A stretch of DNA of 64,000 nucleotides from Geosiphon pyriformis uo1 (taxonomy: Eukaryota; Fungi; Glomeromycota), in the NCBI GenBank assembly GCA_016748015.1, contig JAAOMT010000659.1, forward strand, positions 685,222-749,221, read 5' to 3'. Position numbers and translations under genes: made by a program. Of this stretch, positions 1-12,281 are shown piece after piece. How positions within the stretch are numbered: position 1 is the stretch's first letter; each line of letters starts with the position of its first letter. The notes under the pieces are model-generated. The model searched no databases. It was not told the origin of the DNA and worked only from the letters and a program-made list of their open reading frames with translations.

Positions 1-15
1 TAATTAATAAGAAGT

Positions 16-660
16 TTAAGTTTCAACTGTAACATCATCCTTTCCAAAGAGATTGAGCTTCAGTGAAATCAAGCTATTTATGGTGTAATCTATTAGAAGA
101 GTTTTATCTAACTCAAAGCTAACTAGTTTGTTGAAGTCTTTTGTGGATAAGGTATATAATACTTGAGGTAAAATGAGTTTTGTATTCAAGAAACCAAATC
201 TTTGTATTAGAGTTTTGGCTCTTTTAGCAATAGTTAAAACTCTTGGGACATCTAACCATATAATGCCCAAAATTTCTGTCTGTATCTCTAAAGTTGTTTT
301 TTTCATGAGTTTCATATTTTTTATAATTTCACCAAAGTAACCATAGAGTTCTAATTGCCTGCTATATGACAAGTTTTTGTTTATAGATAAGATTTTTTAA
401 AGTGTTTTCCCAATTGTGTTAGAAAGTGAGAGTATAGCTGCTATTATACTTTCCAACAAATATTTATCTATTTTACTACCAATTATTTCTCTTCTGATAG
501 TAGTTTTCTTTGGTCTAATAACAGTATGTGTTTCACTGTTATCTGTTATGGTGGTTTGTTTTCCAATGGTTAGAGTAGTATTTGGATAGTTTTTGATCCA
601 ATACTTATGAAGAGTATAGAAGGCATTTTGAATGTTTTGATCCAGAAAATAATTGTTCAT
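16..660 (-). pseudogene. Family A ORF3 (unknown ~218-aa protein), copy A1
   Basis: ORFs 397-660 and 16-372 are in frame, split by one premature stop; homologous text in A0, A2 and A3; the ORF runs into the LTR. Confidence 0.85.
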
Positions 661-1273
661 GTCAATTGAAAATACCTCTGTTTTGGAAATAGTGTATTTA
701 TTTATACTTGATTTTCACTGATTATTTGAGTCGGTATTATCACAATAGGCAGCCAATCAAGTCGTTTATAATATTTCTTGAGTTGTGTATCATGAACAGG
801 ATGATTATTGAAGATTGTTCTGGATTGATTTTGAAGAATATAAAAACCATTGTTCAAAACTTTGTTGACTATAAAAGGTCTTTTCCACCAGCTAAAAAAT
901 TTATTACCATAAACATTGTCTCTGTTAGAACAGTATTCTAGTATCAAGTTATCAACACTTAAAGAAAGTATTTTATAGGTTTTTTTTTTCTTAAGCTTTT
1001 CTTGAAACTGTTTTATTTTTTCAAAAGCAATTATTCATGCTTCTACCAAGGAGTCAAAAATGATACCAAATCTTCTTTGCAAAATGTCTTTGTAATTTCC
1101 TATTGTGATTTCTTCAAAGAGTATTGTTTTAATGTTAGTTTCTATTGGTAGTGTTGCCATGCATCCATAGAACAGATAAAAAGATTTATAACTTTTTATG
1201 TTATGATTCACAGTTCTATAAACAAACAAAGCTAAAGGCAGTACTTTGTCTCATAAGTTTGTTTCTTTACTGG

Positions 1274-2140
1274 TGTTATGGTTTAAGAATTTAGCAAAAA
1301 GAATCATAAAAATAATACAAACTATTCAATCATAATATAGCACAGTAATAATCTTAGAAAGGTAATGATAAACATAGTAGCAAATACCATCTCGTGATAG
1401 TGGTAAGCACCAGTTCACAATAGCAGCCAACACCAACTGGTGATAGCAGCAAACACCAGGTTGAAATATCAAAAAGAAAGTATTTTCTCGTTGAACTATA
1501 AACATGTATATATACAGTAGTTTTAATATTAGGAAATAATCAATCAAGTAATAAAAATCATAACTTATCAAGCAACAGATCCAATTTTATCCGACAAACT
1601 CTACTTTAAATCATACTTTCAAATTAAATATCCCAAGAAACCTTTAAAAATCAAAAAGAAATGAAAAAGAATATTTAAAACGGAACTATCACAACCCAAA
1701 GTATTAAGAAACTTACTTGTATTATTTATTGAATGAAACTATCATTCATCAATTGAATCCCTTGGAAGAATAATCCTTGATCAAGATTATTCATATTGTT
1801 ACTAATTGATAAAAGCTTTATTGTGAGAATTAGAAAAGCACTAAAGACCATTAACATTCTGTGTTTCTAGATTAGAGAAACACATCAGGCAATTGCAAGG
1901 ATAGCCTCAGAGAAGACCCCAGACAGTGGGTAGATTTCAGTTCAGCCTCTGAAAAGGAGTACATAAACACACACAACAATCAAGAATTAAAGAATAACTT
2001 ACATCACAACAGTAAAAAGAAAGCCTTCAGTGTAACAGTAACATTATCACACAAATAGAATTGAGAAACTCATAAAAGACTGATTGCAATTAAAGCGGGA
2101 TATTAGCAATTAAATATAACAAGAAAACCATCCCGTAACA
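1274..2140. mobile_element. Solo LTR of a third family (C), inserted in the A1 integrase
   Basis: Termini TGTTATGG...CCGTAACA; 4-bp TSD CTGG at 1270-1273 and 2141-2144; the uninterrupted target CACTGGTTTTGG is seen in A3 (~44155). Confidence 0.9.
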
Positions 2141-3741
2141 CTGGTTTTGGCTAGGGTTTTACATAATGTTCTATTGAAATGTTTTACTAAGCCATTTGTT
2201 TAGGGATGATAAGGGAAGAAAAGTTTATGACATATTCCCATTTTTCTACAAAGTTTTTTAACTAGTGTACTAAAAAAAGCTTTTTTTTTATCAAATAAAA
2301 GTTCTTTGGGGCAGCCATAATGGCAAATAATATCTTCATAAATGAAATTAGCTATTAAAACTGCTGTTTGGTCTGGAGTGGCTCTTGCTTCTATTCACTT
2401 TGTAAAATAGTTGGTAGCTGTGATAATATATCTGTTGCCATTAGGAGTAATTGTTAAAAGTCCAACAACATCTATATCAATTCTGTCAAATAGTTGACTA
2501 ACAGAGATTGGATGAATATTTTTTTTGTGATTGGGTTTGCCTCTTCTTTGGCAGATGTTACAGGTTTTGATGTATTCAGCAATATTTTTTTCCAAGATAA
2601 GCCAATAATAACAAGCTAAAGTTTTCTGAATTGTTTTTGTTTTTTCAAAGTGTCTAGCTAATAAGTCAGTGTGCATGTTATATATTACAATTTTTCTTTC
2701 TTCAAATCTGATGACTCTCTGAGAGCAGTCAGGATTTTTTCTGTTTCTTTTGTATAATTGGTTCTGGCAGATCAAATAGAAATTTGATTGTTTGTACAAA
2801 TGTTCTCTTTGCTGTTAAGTGTATTCTGGTGGGTATTGTTCTTTATCCAAAAATTTCATTAAAGCAGAATAGTTGTCCAAGTCTATTATCGTGTTTGTTT
2901 ATGAAAGAGTTACTAATAATTAAGTTGATTTGGTTTAAGGGTTGTACTATTACTGAATAGTAAGTCTAAAGAGAGCATTAGTGTTTTGTATATTTGCTCT
3001 TTTGTGGTGTTGAATATTATAGTCAAATTCATCCAAGTGGAGTATCCAGTGAGTTATTTATTTGTGTTCCAGTTTCTTTTTGTTGCACAGCCAAACCAAG
3101 ACTTAATGATCTGTTACCACTAAGAATTTTGCACCAAGAAGATATTAATCCCAGTAGCTAATAGCCCAAACTACTGCTAGACATTCTTGTTCAGTAACTG
3201 AATAGTTTTTTTCTGCTGGTGTGAAGAATTTACTGGCATATGCTATGGCATGTTTTTTGTCATTTTCATTTTTCTGTGAAAGAACAGCACCAAGTCCATA
3301 ACCAGATACATCAGTGTGGAGGATAAAAAGTTGGTTCAGATCAGGTTGTTTGAGAATTAGTTCAGTAACAAATTTTTTCTTCAAAAATTCAAAAGCTTTT
3401 TGTTGATGAGTGTCCCAATGATAATTGACATTTTTTTTGAATAGCTGATTGAGAGAAAAGGCAATTTTGGAGAAACTCTTGATAAATTTGCAATAGTAAG
3501 AGGCCAAACCAAGAAAAGAGCATAGTTCAGGAACATTTATTGGTTGTCTAATGTTCTGGACTTTTTCAATTTTAGCTGAGTCAGGAAAGATTCCATCTTT
3601 TGTAATAAGATGACCAAGGAACTGAATGGATTGACATCCAAAAAAAGATTTGATTGGATTGATCTTGAGGCCAGCATTTTTGAGCAGGTCAAAAATCTTC
3701 TGTAAATGTTCAAGATGTTCATTCCAGGTTTTTGAATATAC

Positions 3742-4467
3742 TGTTATGAGTTGGAGTAACAAGCTAACAGATAGCAAGGGAAAACAGGATTGTAGGGTGA
3801 TGGAAATAATCAAAGGGGAATTCAACTTTAAAGAGCGAATTTGAATGAGTATAGATTCAATGTGCAAGATCAGTTTCATAGAATATCTCAGTCACTATTT
3901 TTTTCAAAGGTAACTGGGGAATCTGAAGATAGAGGGATAGTCCATACTGTTAACAATTGATCACCACTAGTATAATTCTATGCCTTACATTGGTGCTCTT
4001 AGAATTCAATATCAGGTATCAACTTGTGCTTTTTAGTCATGTTTATTTAAATAATCTTCAAATGCTACAATTATATATGTCAAAAAAAAGCCAACAAGTA
4101 ATCTTTTACCTTTAAAATGTTCAGATACTTGAAGGTAGAGAAAGAAAAATTAGCAATAAAAGAAAGATTGAGATGAAAGTTGTTATTTTATTTATTTTTG
4201 ATTATTTAGATGTTTGTTATTAAATGCTTTTCTACAGCTAAGAGATTTATCACTTATATAGCTGTCAAAAATGGTCAATGATCAGGTTAATGATCAGGTC
4301 AATAATTAGGTCAATGATCAGGTCATTGATCAGGTCAATGATTAGGTTAACAGTCAGGTCATTGATCAGATCAATGATCACTTTCTAAAAATAGTGTGGC
4401 TAATCATATGACATCAGTGGCTAATACATGTAATAATTAATAAAAACTATGAGTTTCAACCATAATA
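3742..4467 (-). repeat. A2 3' LTR
   Basis: Near-identical to 10696-11404; contains the 12-bp GATCAGGTCAAT array and TATATAA on the minus strand. Confidence 0.92.
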
Positions 4468-7400
4468 TCATTCTCTCCAAAGAGATTGAGCTCCAGCGAA
4501 ATCAAACTATTTATGGAATATTCTAATTGAAGAATTTTATCTAACTCAAAACTAACTAGTTTGTTAAAGTTTTTTGTGGATAAAGTGTATAGTACTTGAG
4601 GTGAAATGAGCTTTGTATCCAAAAGACCAAATTTTTGTATAAGAGTTTTGGCTCTTCTGGCAATGATCAAAACTCTTGGGACATCCAACTGTACAATGCC
4701 CAAAATTTCCACTTGTTTTCTTCATGAGCTTCATGTCTTTTATGATTTCACCAAGGTGATCATAGAGCTCTAATTGTCTTCCATATGACAAGTTTTTGTC
4801 TATGAGCAAGATTTCTTTAATCGTTTTTCCAATTGTGGTGGAAGATACAAGTATTGCTGTTGTTATGCTTTCCAACAGATACTTATTCTTTTTGCTACTA
4901 ATTTTTTCTCTTCTGGTAGTTGTTTTCTTTGGTCTGATAACAGTATGAGTTCCACTGTTGTCAGTTATTGTGGTCTGTTTTCCAATAGTCAAGGTAGCAT
5001 TTGGATGGTTTTTGATCCAATACTTATAGAGAGTATAGAAAACGTTTTAAATGTTTTGATCCAGAAAATAATTGTTCATGTTGATTAAAGATACCTCTGT
5101 TTTGAGAATGGTGCATTTATTATACTTGGTTTTTGCTAATCATTTGGGTTGGTATTACCACAACTGATAACCAATCAAGTCATTTGTAATATTTCTTAAG
5201 TTGTGTGTTATGAACAGGTTGATCATTAAAGATTGTTCCAGATTGATCTTGAAGAATATAAGAACTATTGTTCAAAACTTTTTTGACTATAAAGAGTTCT
5301 TTCCACCGGCTAGAGAATTTATCACCATAAACATTGTCTCTGTCTGAACGGTATTCTAATACCAAGTCACCAACACTTAAAGAAAGTGTTTTATAGGTTT
5401 TCTTCTTTTTAAGCTTTTTTTGAAACTGTTTTATCTTTTCTAAAGCAACTATTCGTGCTTCTACCAATAAGTCAAGAATGGTACCAAGTCTTTTTTGCAA
5501 AATGTCTTTGTAATTTGCTATTGTGATCTTTTCAAAGGGTATTGTCTCAATGTTAGTTTCTATTAGTAGTGTTGTCATGCATCCATAGAGCAGATAAAAA
5601 GGTTCATAACTTGTTATGTCATGATTCACAGTTCTATAAGCAAACAAAGCTGAAGGCAGTACTTTGTTCCATAAATTTGTTTCTTCATTTGTTTTGGTTA
5701 AGATTTCACACAGTGTTCTATTAAAACGTTCCACTAGGCCATTTGTTTAGGGGTGATAAGGGGAGGAAAGTTTGTGATGTATTCTTATTTTTCTACAAAG
5801 TTCTTCAACCAGTGTACTGAGAAAAGCTTTTTCTCTATTAGATAAAAGTTCTCTGGGGCAGCCATGATGGCAGATGATATCTTCATAAATGAAATTGGCT
5901 ATTAAGACTGCACTTTGTAAGATAGTCAGTAGCTGTGATAATGTATCTGTTGTCATCAGGGGTTATTGTTAAGGGTCCAACAACATCTATACCAATTCTG
6001 TCAAATGGTTGACCAACAGAGATTGGATGGATATCTTCTTTTTTATTGGGTTTTCCTCTTCTTTGGCAGGTATCACAAGTTTTAATGTACTCAGCAATAT
6101 CTTTTTCCAAGGTAGGCCAATAATAGTAAGCTAGAGTTTTCTGAATTGTTTTAGTCTTTCCAAAATGTCCAGCTAATGGATCAGTGTGCATGTTATAGAT
6201 CACAATTTCTCTTTTTTCAAATCTTATAACTCTTTAGAGGCAGTCAGGATCTTTTCTATTTCTTTTGTATAATTGGTTTTGGCAGATTAAATAAAAATTT
6301 AATTGTTTATGCAAATGTTCTCTTTGTTGTCGAGTGTATTTCAGTAAGTATTGTCCTTTACCCAAAAATTCTATTAAGGCAGAGTAGTTGTCCAAGTCCA
6401 TTATCATGTTTGTTTGTGGGAAAGTTACTAATAATTAGTTTGGTTTGGTTTGAGGTGGTTGTACTGTCACTTAGTGGTAAGTTTGGAAAGAATGTTAGCA
6501 TTTTGATGATTAGCTCCTTTGCAATGTTGAATATTATAGTCAAATTTGTTCAAGTGGAGTATCCAGCAAGTTAATCTTTTGTGTTCTAGCTTCTTTTTGT
6601 TGCACAGCCAAACCAAAGCTTGGTGATTTGTTACTACCAAGAATTTGGCACCAAGAAGATATTTGTTCTAATAACTAGTAGTTCATACTACTGCCAGACA
6701 TTTTTGTTCAGTCACCAAGTAGTTCTGCTCTGCTGGTGAGAGAGTTCTACTGGCATATGCTATGGCATGTTTTTTGTCATTTTCATTTTTTTGGAATAAA
6801 ACAGCTCCAAGTCCATAGCCAGATGTATCAATGTGGAGGATGAAAGGTTGATCTAGATTAAGTTGCTTCAGAATTGGTTTAGTGACTAGTTTTTTCTTTA
6901 GAGTTTCAAAAGCTTTTTGTTGGTGTGTGTCCCAATAGTAGTTGACGTTTTTCCTGAGTAGCTGATTAAGTAGAGCAGCTATTTTGGAGAAATCCTTGAC
7001 AAATTTGTGATAATAGGAAGCCAAACCAAGGAAAAAGCATAGTTCATGAACATTCATTGGTTGTCTAATGTTCTGGACTTTTTCAACCTTAGCTGGGTCA
7101 GGAAAGATTCCATCTTTTGTGATAAGATGACCAATGAATTAGGTGAATTGTCTTTCAAAGAAAGATTTAATCAGGTTGATCTTGAGATCTGCATTTCTAA
7201 GAAGATCAAAAACCTTTTGCAAATGTTTAAGGTGTTCATCCCAGGTTTTTGAGTACACTATTATATTGTTCAGATAGACCAGAACAAAGTTTTCTTTCAC
7301 TAATTCAAATACTTTATCTATTAAGCATTAAAAAGTGGGAGGGGCATTAGTGAGACCAAAAGACATGACTGTGAATTCATAGATACCATACTTGGTAATG

Positions 7401-10400
7401 AAAGCAGTTTTCTTCTGGCTTTCTGGATCCATCTCTACTTGCCAGAATCCAGCAGTTAGATCAATAGTTGAAAAGAAAGCAGCATCAATCTTGGGAAGTG
7501 GGTACATGTTTCTTTTAGTGATGACATTTAATTGGTAGTAGTCAACACAGAAGCATAGAATTCCACTTTTCTTGGGTACCACTACAACTGGGAAAGCCCA
7601 TTCATTCTTGGTTTTTTGTATGAATCTAAGTTCTTTCATTCAGTTTATTTCTTTCTTGATGAACTCATCATTTTGGCAATTGGATTGGTAAGGCTTCAAA
7701 TGGATGGGGCAAGTTTCTCTGGTGGTGATGGTGTGTTGTATCACATGAGTTTGTTCTGGGGTATTACCTTCTTTTGAGATAACTGGACTGTTTCTTGCCA
7801 ACAGATTTTCAATGTCTATCTTTCTTTCTTCTGGGGAGGGTTCTTTTTGTTTTACTACTAATAATTGGGTCTCAGGTGGTTCATTCTCAAAGGACTTCTG
7901 TACTTCTTTTAATTCATCTCTTGGTATTAGTCTAATTGGTTTCCAATCTTTGTAATAGATCAGGCATGATTTGCATTCATCACTTGGAGAATACAAAGGT
8001 TTATTGCACCAGCACTGGGCACAAGGGCCATGCCACCAATAACTGTATTTGGCTTTCTTGCCAGGCTTTTGGTCAAAGGTTCTTCTTAGGATATTATAGT
8101 AGGGCCAGCAGATCAGCTTGCCATTTACAATAATTCTCTTTCTATTAGCTTTAACATTGTCTAGTGACTTGTCATTGCTGGTGAAGGTGGTATAAGCAAG
8201 TTCAGCAGTTTCTTCTTGTTCTTTTTGTTCATCTTCTTCATCACTTTCTTCATTATCTGATTCCTTTGATTGCTTATCTTCTTGATTTTGTTTGGTTGCT
8301 GAAAGAGTTGTTCAATGGTGACATTTAACCACAATGAGTTTTTTACCACATCTTATGGTTAGCTTACAAAGTTCATAGTCGAGTAAGGCTTTTGCTTTCT
8401 TGAGCCACTCATTGCCAACAATGATGGTGTATTCTTTAGCTTCAGAAACTTCCATGTCAGTTTCAATACTGATGCCATTAATGTGGAGAGGAATAGCTTT
8501 GGCAATGCCCAGACCTTTCTTTTTGTTACCATGTATGTTGGTCATTGGTCGGGTGAAAGGCTCATCAATTTTTCTACCAATTGCTTCAAGGAAGTGTTTG
8601 GCAATTACACTAACAGATAATCCACTGTCTAGGATCAAGTCAATAAAGTAACCAGCCACTTGTGCTTTGCAAATTAAAGGAGTAACATTGCTGTTATTAG
8701 CAAGTCCAGCTTGGCAAGGGCGTTTATTGGTCTTTGGTGTTTTCTTTTTGGAGATTAGAGATTTGCAGAGATTTTTTCTGAACTGTGGATGGGTCATTAA
8801 CTGGCCAAAGGTAATGTGTATGGGATTTCTATGAGATCTTTGACAACAGAATAGGGTCCAGATTTTTGTACAATTTTTGGAAGTTCCAACTTTGGAGGGT
8901 TCTTAAAAACTTTGACTTTTGGTGGCTCATTGTTATCAGCAGTGAAAGTTGAGGCTTTGTTGGAATCTAGAACGAAATCAACCTTGGCTTTCTTCTTTTT
9001 TCTGGTTAATTCAGAAGTGTTGATTGCTAATTCATCTATGTCATGGTCGTCATCAGTTAAGTTAAAAGCAAAAAAGGGGTTTTCTTCTGGTTGGCTTGTA
9101 CTCTCACTCTTTGGAGATGCACTTACCAGTTTAAAGGCTGATAGACTGTGGCTTTAACTAGAGGATCTTCTCCAAAGAAATTGATGTTGGCATGGTTGGG
9201 TTTTTGATTGGGAGCATTATTGTTGATGGGTTTATTGTTTTGATTGTCATTATTTCTGGGGACTGGAGGAGGTAAAGGAGGATTGTTGCAATCTTTTGAG
9301 AAATGTCCAGTTAATCTACATCTATAACATACAGGAGAACCACAATTTTGCTGTCTTTGATAAGGAGGTTGCTGGGGCTGATTAAAGTGTAGTTCATATT
9401 TGGGTCTTTGTGGTTGTTGGTTATCTTTAACTGCTTGTGTCAAAGATTTTAATAACCAGGCAAGATTGGCTGTGAGTCTATCAATTAATTGTTTATTTGG
9501 ATTTTGAGTTTGGGCAGCAAAAGAGGCAGCAGCTATTTGAGGGGCAGGAGCCATGACAAGAGCAGAAGCAAAAACTGGAAGTATAAATTCCAAATGTATT
9601 TTTTGGTTGTCTTCAATTCGTTGGGCAAGTTCAATGGCCATGTTCATTGTAGGATTGTCTTTTAGGGCCAAGAGAGGCCAAAAAGCATAAGATAAATTGG
9701 TTCTCAATCTTTTTGTAAAGGAATGAATTTTTTGCTCTTCTGTCTAATTTTTTTCAGAGTCTACACATTTGATTAACTTTCTGATTGCTTTAGCATATTT
9801 AGTTACAATTTCACCTGGACCTTGAGTTCTTCTTTCCAATTCTATGCACCACTTGAATATCAAGATTGGGGTTCTGAACTTGTTTTCAAACCAGGTTGTG
9901 AAAGAGGTGTTGTTTTTTTCGGCATTTGCTAGCATCTATCTAATGATTCTTTGATGGGCATTAGTATCAGTTTTCTGTAAGAACCAGGTAGCAGGAGAGC
10001 CTTAGAGGTAGCCACCAACAATTTGAAACTTGTACTCATCATCGTATTGGTTGGCTGTAGCAGCTCTTTCAAAGTCATCCAACCATTCAATTGAATCTTA
10101 TGCATTGCTTCTGAATAATGGTAGTGGGGTGTTGTTTCTTTGTCCCAAAGCAGTTTGTATGCCTTGGAGGGCAGCCAGGATGTTTGCTTGTATTGAATTA
10201 TAAGCTATTGGTTCAGGGGTTACTGTTTGAGTGGAATGTTCTGATTTACTTAAAAAGAGATCTGTTTCAAGGAGAGTTATAATTGATTGGTGAGCAGCAA
10301 CCCAAATGTGTATTTGGTAATTCAAATATTCAAAATCAGGGGGCTGTTGTGTGAAAGTTGGGAAGTATAAAAGCTGATTAATGCTATTATTTTTTTCTTC

Positions 10401-10672
10401 AAAGTTGTCTTCAAAATAAGCTTGGTTAAAATAATAAGTTGTATATGCTGTATAAGTTTCAGCTGAGTGCTTGTTTAGGAACCAGTTCCAAAAGTCTTGG
10501 AATTGTCTATTAGATTGTTCTTTAAGGAGAAAGCAGATCAAGCAGGAGGGCAAGAGATTGAGTTCAATAAAGTCTAGATCGTTTCTGTTGTATGCTGCAA
10601 AGTGTTCTTCTGATTGCTGTTGCAGGTATAAATAATCACCCATACAATAAGAAAATAAGTGAATTTTGACAA

Positions 10673-10689
10673 CCTCATAGGGAGCACCA
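10673..10689 (-). promoter_or_regulatory. Primer binding site, probably elongator tRNA-Met (A2)
   Basis: Minus strand reads TGGTGCTCCCTATGAGG, 6 nt from the LTR; resembles the complement of the eukaryotic tRNA-Met(e) 3' end. Confidence 0.75.
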
Positions 10690-10695
10690 CTTTTA

Positions 10696-11404
10696 TGTTA
10701 TGAGTTGGAGTAACAAGTTAATGGATAGCAAGAGAGAACAGGATTGTAGAATTATGGAAATAATCAAAGGGGAATTCAACTTTAAAGAGCGAATTGAATA
10801 AGTATGAATTCAATGTGCGAGATCAGTCTCATAAAATATCTCAGTTGCTATTCTTTTCAAAGATAACTGGGGAATCTGAAGGTAAAGAGATAGTCCGTAT
10901 TGTCAACAATTGATCACCACTAGTATAATTCTATGCTTCACATCAGTACTTTTAGAATTCAATATTAGGTATCAACTTGTGTTTTTTAGTCATGTTTATT
11001 CAAATAATCTTCAAATGCTACAATTATATATGTTAGGAAAAGGCCAACAAATAATCTTTTATCTTTAAGATGTTTAGATACTTGAAGGTAGGAAAAAAGA
11101 AATTAGTGATAAGAGAAAGATTGAGATAAAAGTTGTTATTTTATTTATTCTTAATTATTCAGATGCTTGTTATTACATGCTTTTTTACAGCTAAGAGATT
11201 TATCACTTATATAGCTGTCAAAAGTGGTCAATGATCAGGTCAATGATCAGGTTATTGATCAGGTCAATGATCAGGTCAATGGTTAGGTCAACAGTCAGGT
11301 CATTGATCAGATCAATGATCACTTTCTAAAAATAGTGTGGCTAATCATATGACATCAGTGGCTAATACATGTGATAACTAATAAAAACTATGAGTTTCAA
11401 CCAT
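10696..11404 (-). repeat. A2 5' LTR (terminal bases displaced to 21534-21537 by element B)
   Basis: Direct repeat of 3742-4467; PBS adjacent. Confidence 0.92.
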
Positions 11405-12261
11405 TGTTACTCATAGAATATAGAAAATATAGTATTATTAGTTAGTAGATATTAGCCAATTAGATGTAGACGTAGTAAATGTGGAATTCCAGGATTTCTC
11501 TTAAAGGAATTGCAGGATTCCAGGAATTTCAAAATTCCCCAATGAGGAATTGCAGGATTCCAGAATTCCAGAAATTCCAGGATTCCTGTCACAAGGAATT
11601 GAAGAATTGAGAAATCTCAATTATGTATATATAGCAATAGGATTAGAAGCTAAAAAGACAGACCTCTCAAGTTTAGATTTAATCTAAGCAACTCTTCAAA
11701 TCACAATTATCTAATAAATAACTATTTGTTATCTTAAATCTATTTCCACTATTAACACTTTATGTTGATAGTAATCGACACTTAACCACACTAGAACAAT
11801 AGCTCTTAATCATGGCTATTGACAGAATACTAACTTGCAAATCACCTTGGCTTATTTCTTTTCTTTCTTTATTTTCTTTTCTTTTCTTTATTTTTTTGCT
11901 TTGATTTTATTGTTGTTTACTAACTCTATTGAGGATTAACGCACAGGACACTGACGTCAGGATAAACATGACTGGTAAAAGACCCAGGAATAAAGGTAGA
12001 ACACTCGATTGAAGATAGCTTACCAGGAGGAATACTGGCCACCAAGCTGAGAAAGAAATTGACAAAACTGCAGTTTCAGAAAGCTACAAATAAAACTATC
12101 ACCATTGAATCTCTGTTTATTATACAAAGAATTCAACTAAACTCTTCAGATACAAATCCTTTAGGCACAAACCTTCAGATTACTATCAACTGCAATTAGA
12201 TTTGAGTACCAAGTTATGGATTTTTTATTTAACCCAACAACAGAAATAGTCACTTGTAACA
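11405..12261 (+). repeat. B 5' LTR
   Basis: Direct repeat of 20641-21529; GGAATTCCAGGATT-like internal repeats precede TATATATA. Confidence 0.94.
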
Positions 12262-12263
12262 TT

Positions 12264-12280
12264 TGGTGCTCCCTATGAAG
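12264..12280 (+). promoter_or_regulatory. B primer binding site (same tRNA as family A)
   Basis: TGGTGCTCCCTATGAAG, 2 nt after the LTR end. Confidence 0.8.
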
Positions 12281-12281
12281 T

